36,189 nt of DNA from Saprolegnia diclina VS20 (lineage: Eukaryota). Every line of letters begins with the position of its first letter. The stretch's first letter is position 1. The translations under genes were made by a program, and so were the position numbers. The DNA lies in NCBI RefSeq assembly GCF_000281045.1, contig NW_008246136.1, forward strand, positions 258,137 to 294,325, written 5' to 3'. The notes under the pieces were generated by a model. It ran no database searches. It worked only from the letters and a program-made list of their open reading frames with translations, and was not told where the DNA came from. Positions 36,003-36,189 of the stretch are shown piece by piece.

Positions 36003-36079
36003 AGCCTGCGCCGGAGACGACAATGGTGGCCCCAGGACTCGGTCCGTTGGCGCCACCATTGTCGTCTCCAGCGCTGGCT
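36003..36079. repeat. Long inverted repeat / hairpin
   Basis: Perfect 18-bp arms at 36013-36030 and 36052-36069, extended outward by two 4-bp blocks and inward by cca/tgg and ggac/gtcc pairs. Confidence 0.9.
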
Positions 36080-36153
36080 CACAAAGCGCCTTGTGGTCAC
36101 CAACGGCAAACAGTGTTCTTGCCGAGCGACGAAACAGTGGATGGTGGATTCCG
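36023..36153 (+). CDS. Possible first exon of a gene divergent from VPS13B (partial)
   Basis: acaATGg context; MVAPGLGPLAPPLSSPALAHK...; candidate donor gtac at 36154 and a branch-like gctgac near the window end. No family recognised. Confidence 0.35.
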
Positions 36154-36189
36154 GTACTTTGTATGAATCGTCGCAGCTGACGCATCTGC

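Noticed and set aside
1..36189. CRISPR arrays, tRNA/rRNA genes, transposase or reverse transcriptase ORFs
   Set aside because: None recognised by eye; the window is eukaryotic housekeeping-type sequence.

Overview
Compact, GC-rich eukaryotic genomic DNA with many short (about 40-55 nt) GT-AG introns. The gene content and style point to an oomycete, probably Saprolegniales (inference). About 15 protein-coding genes: two tandem TKL receptor-like kinases (one with an elicitin-like Cys-rich ectodomain), a membrane-anchored protein ending in a degenerate alginate-lyase-like domain, a DysF-PH-VPS9 protein, an unknown helical protein, TFIIH p44 (GTF2H2/SSL1), NOL12/RRP17, an NPEPL1-like M17 aminopeptidase, a SPIN90/Ldb17-like protein, a 60-aa Rpa14-like microprotein, S-adenosylmethionine decarboxylase (AdoMetDC), a C1GALT1-like GT31 enzyme, a small membrane protein, an RCC1-repeat protein and an 11.4-kb VPS13B-like gene. 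The most interesting element is absent from the ORF track: a 42-codon upstream ORF (17905-18033) with strongly coding-like codon use. It ends Pro-Ala-stop 11 nt before the AdoMetDC start and is a candidate polyamine-sensing regulatory peptide. Other points: an F-box-like insert in VPS13B, a long hairpin burying a start codon at the window end, a 7-tract G-quadruplex motif and a recurring palindromic promoter motif. All protein assignments are from motifs recognised by eye; no database searches were run.
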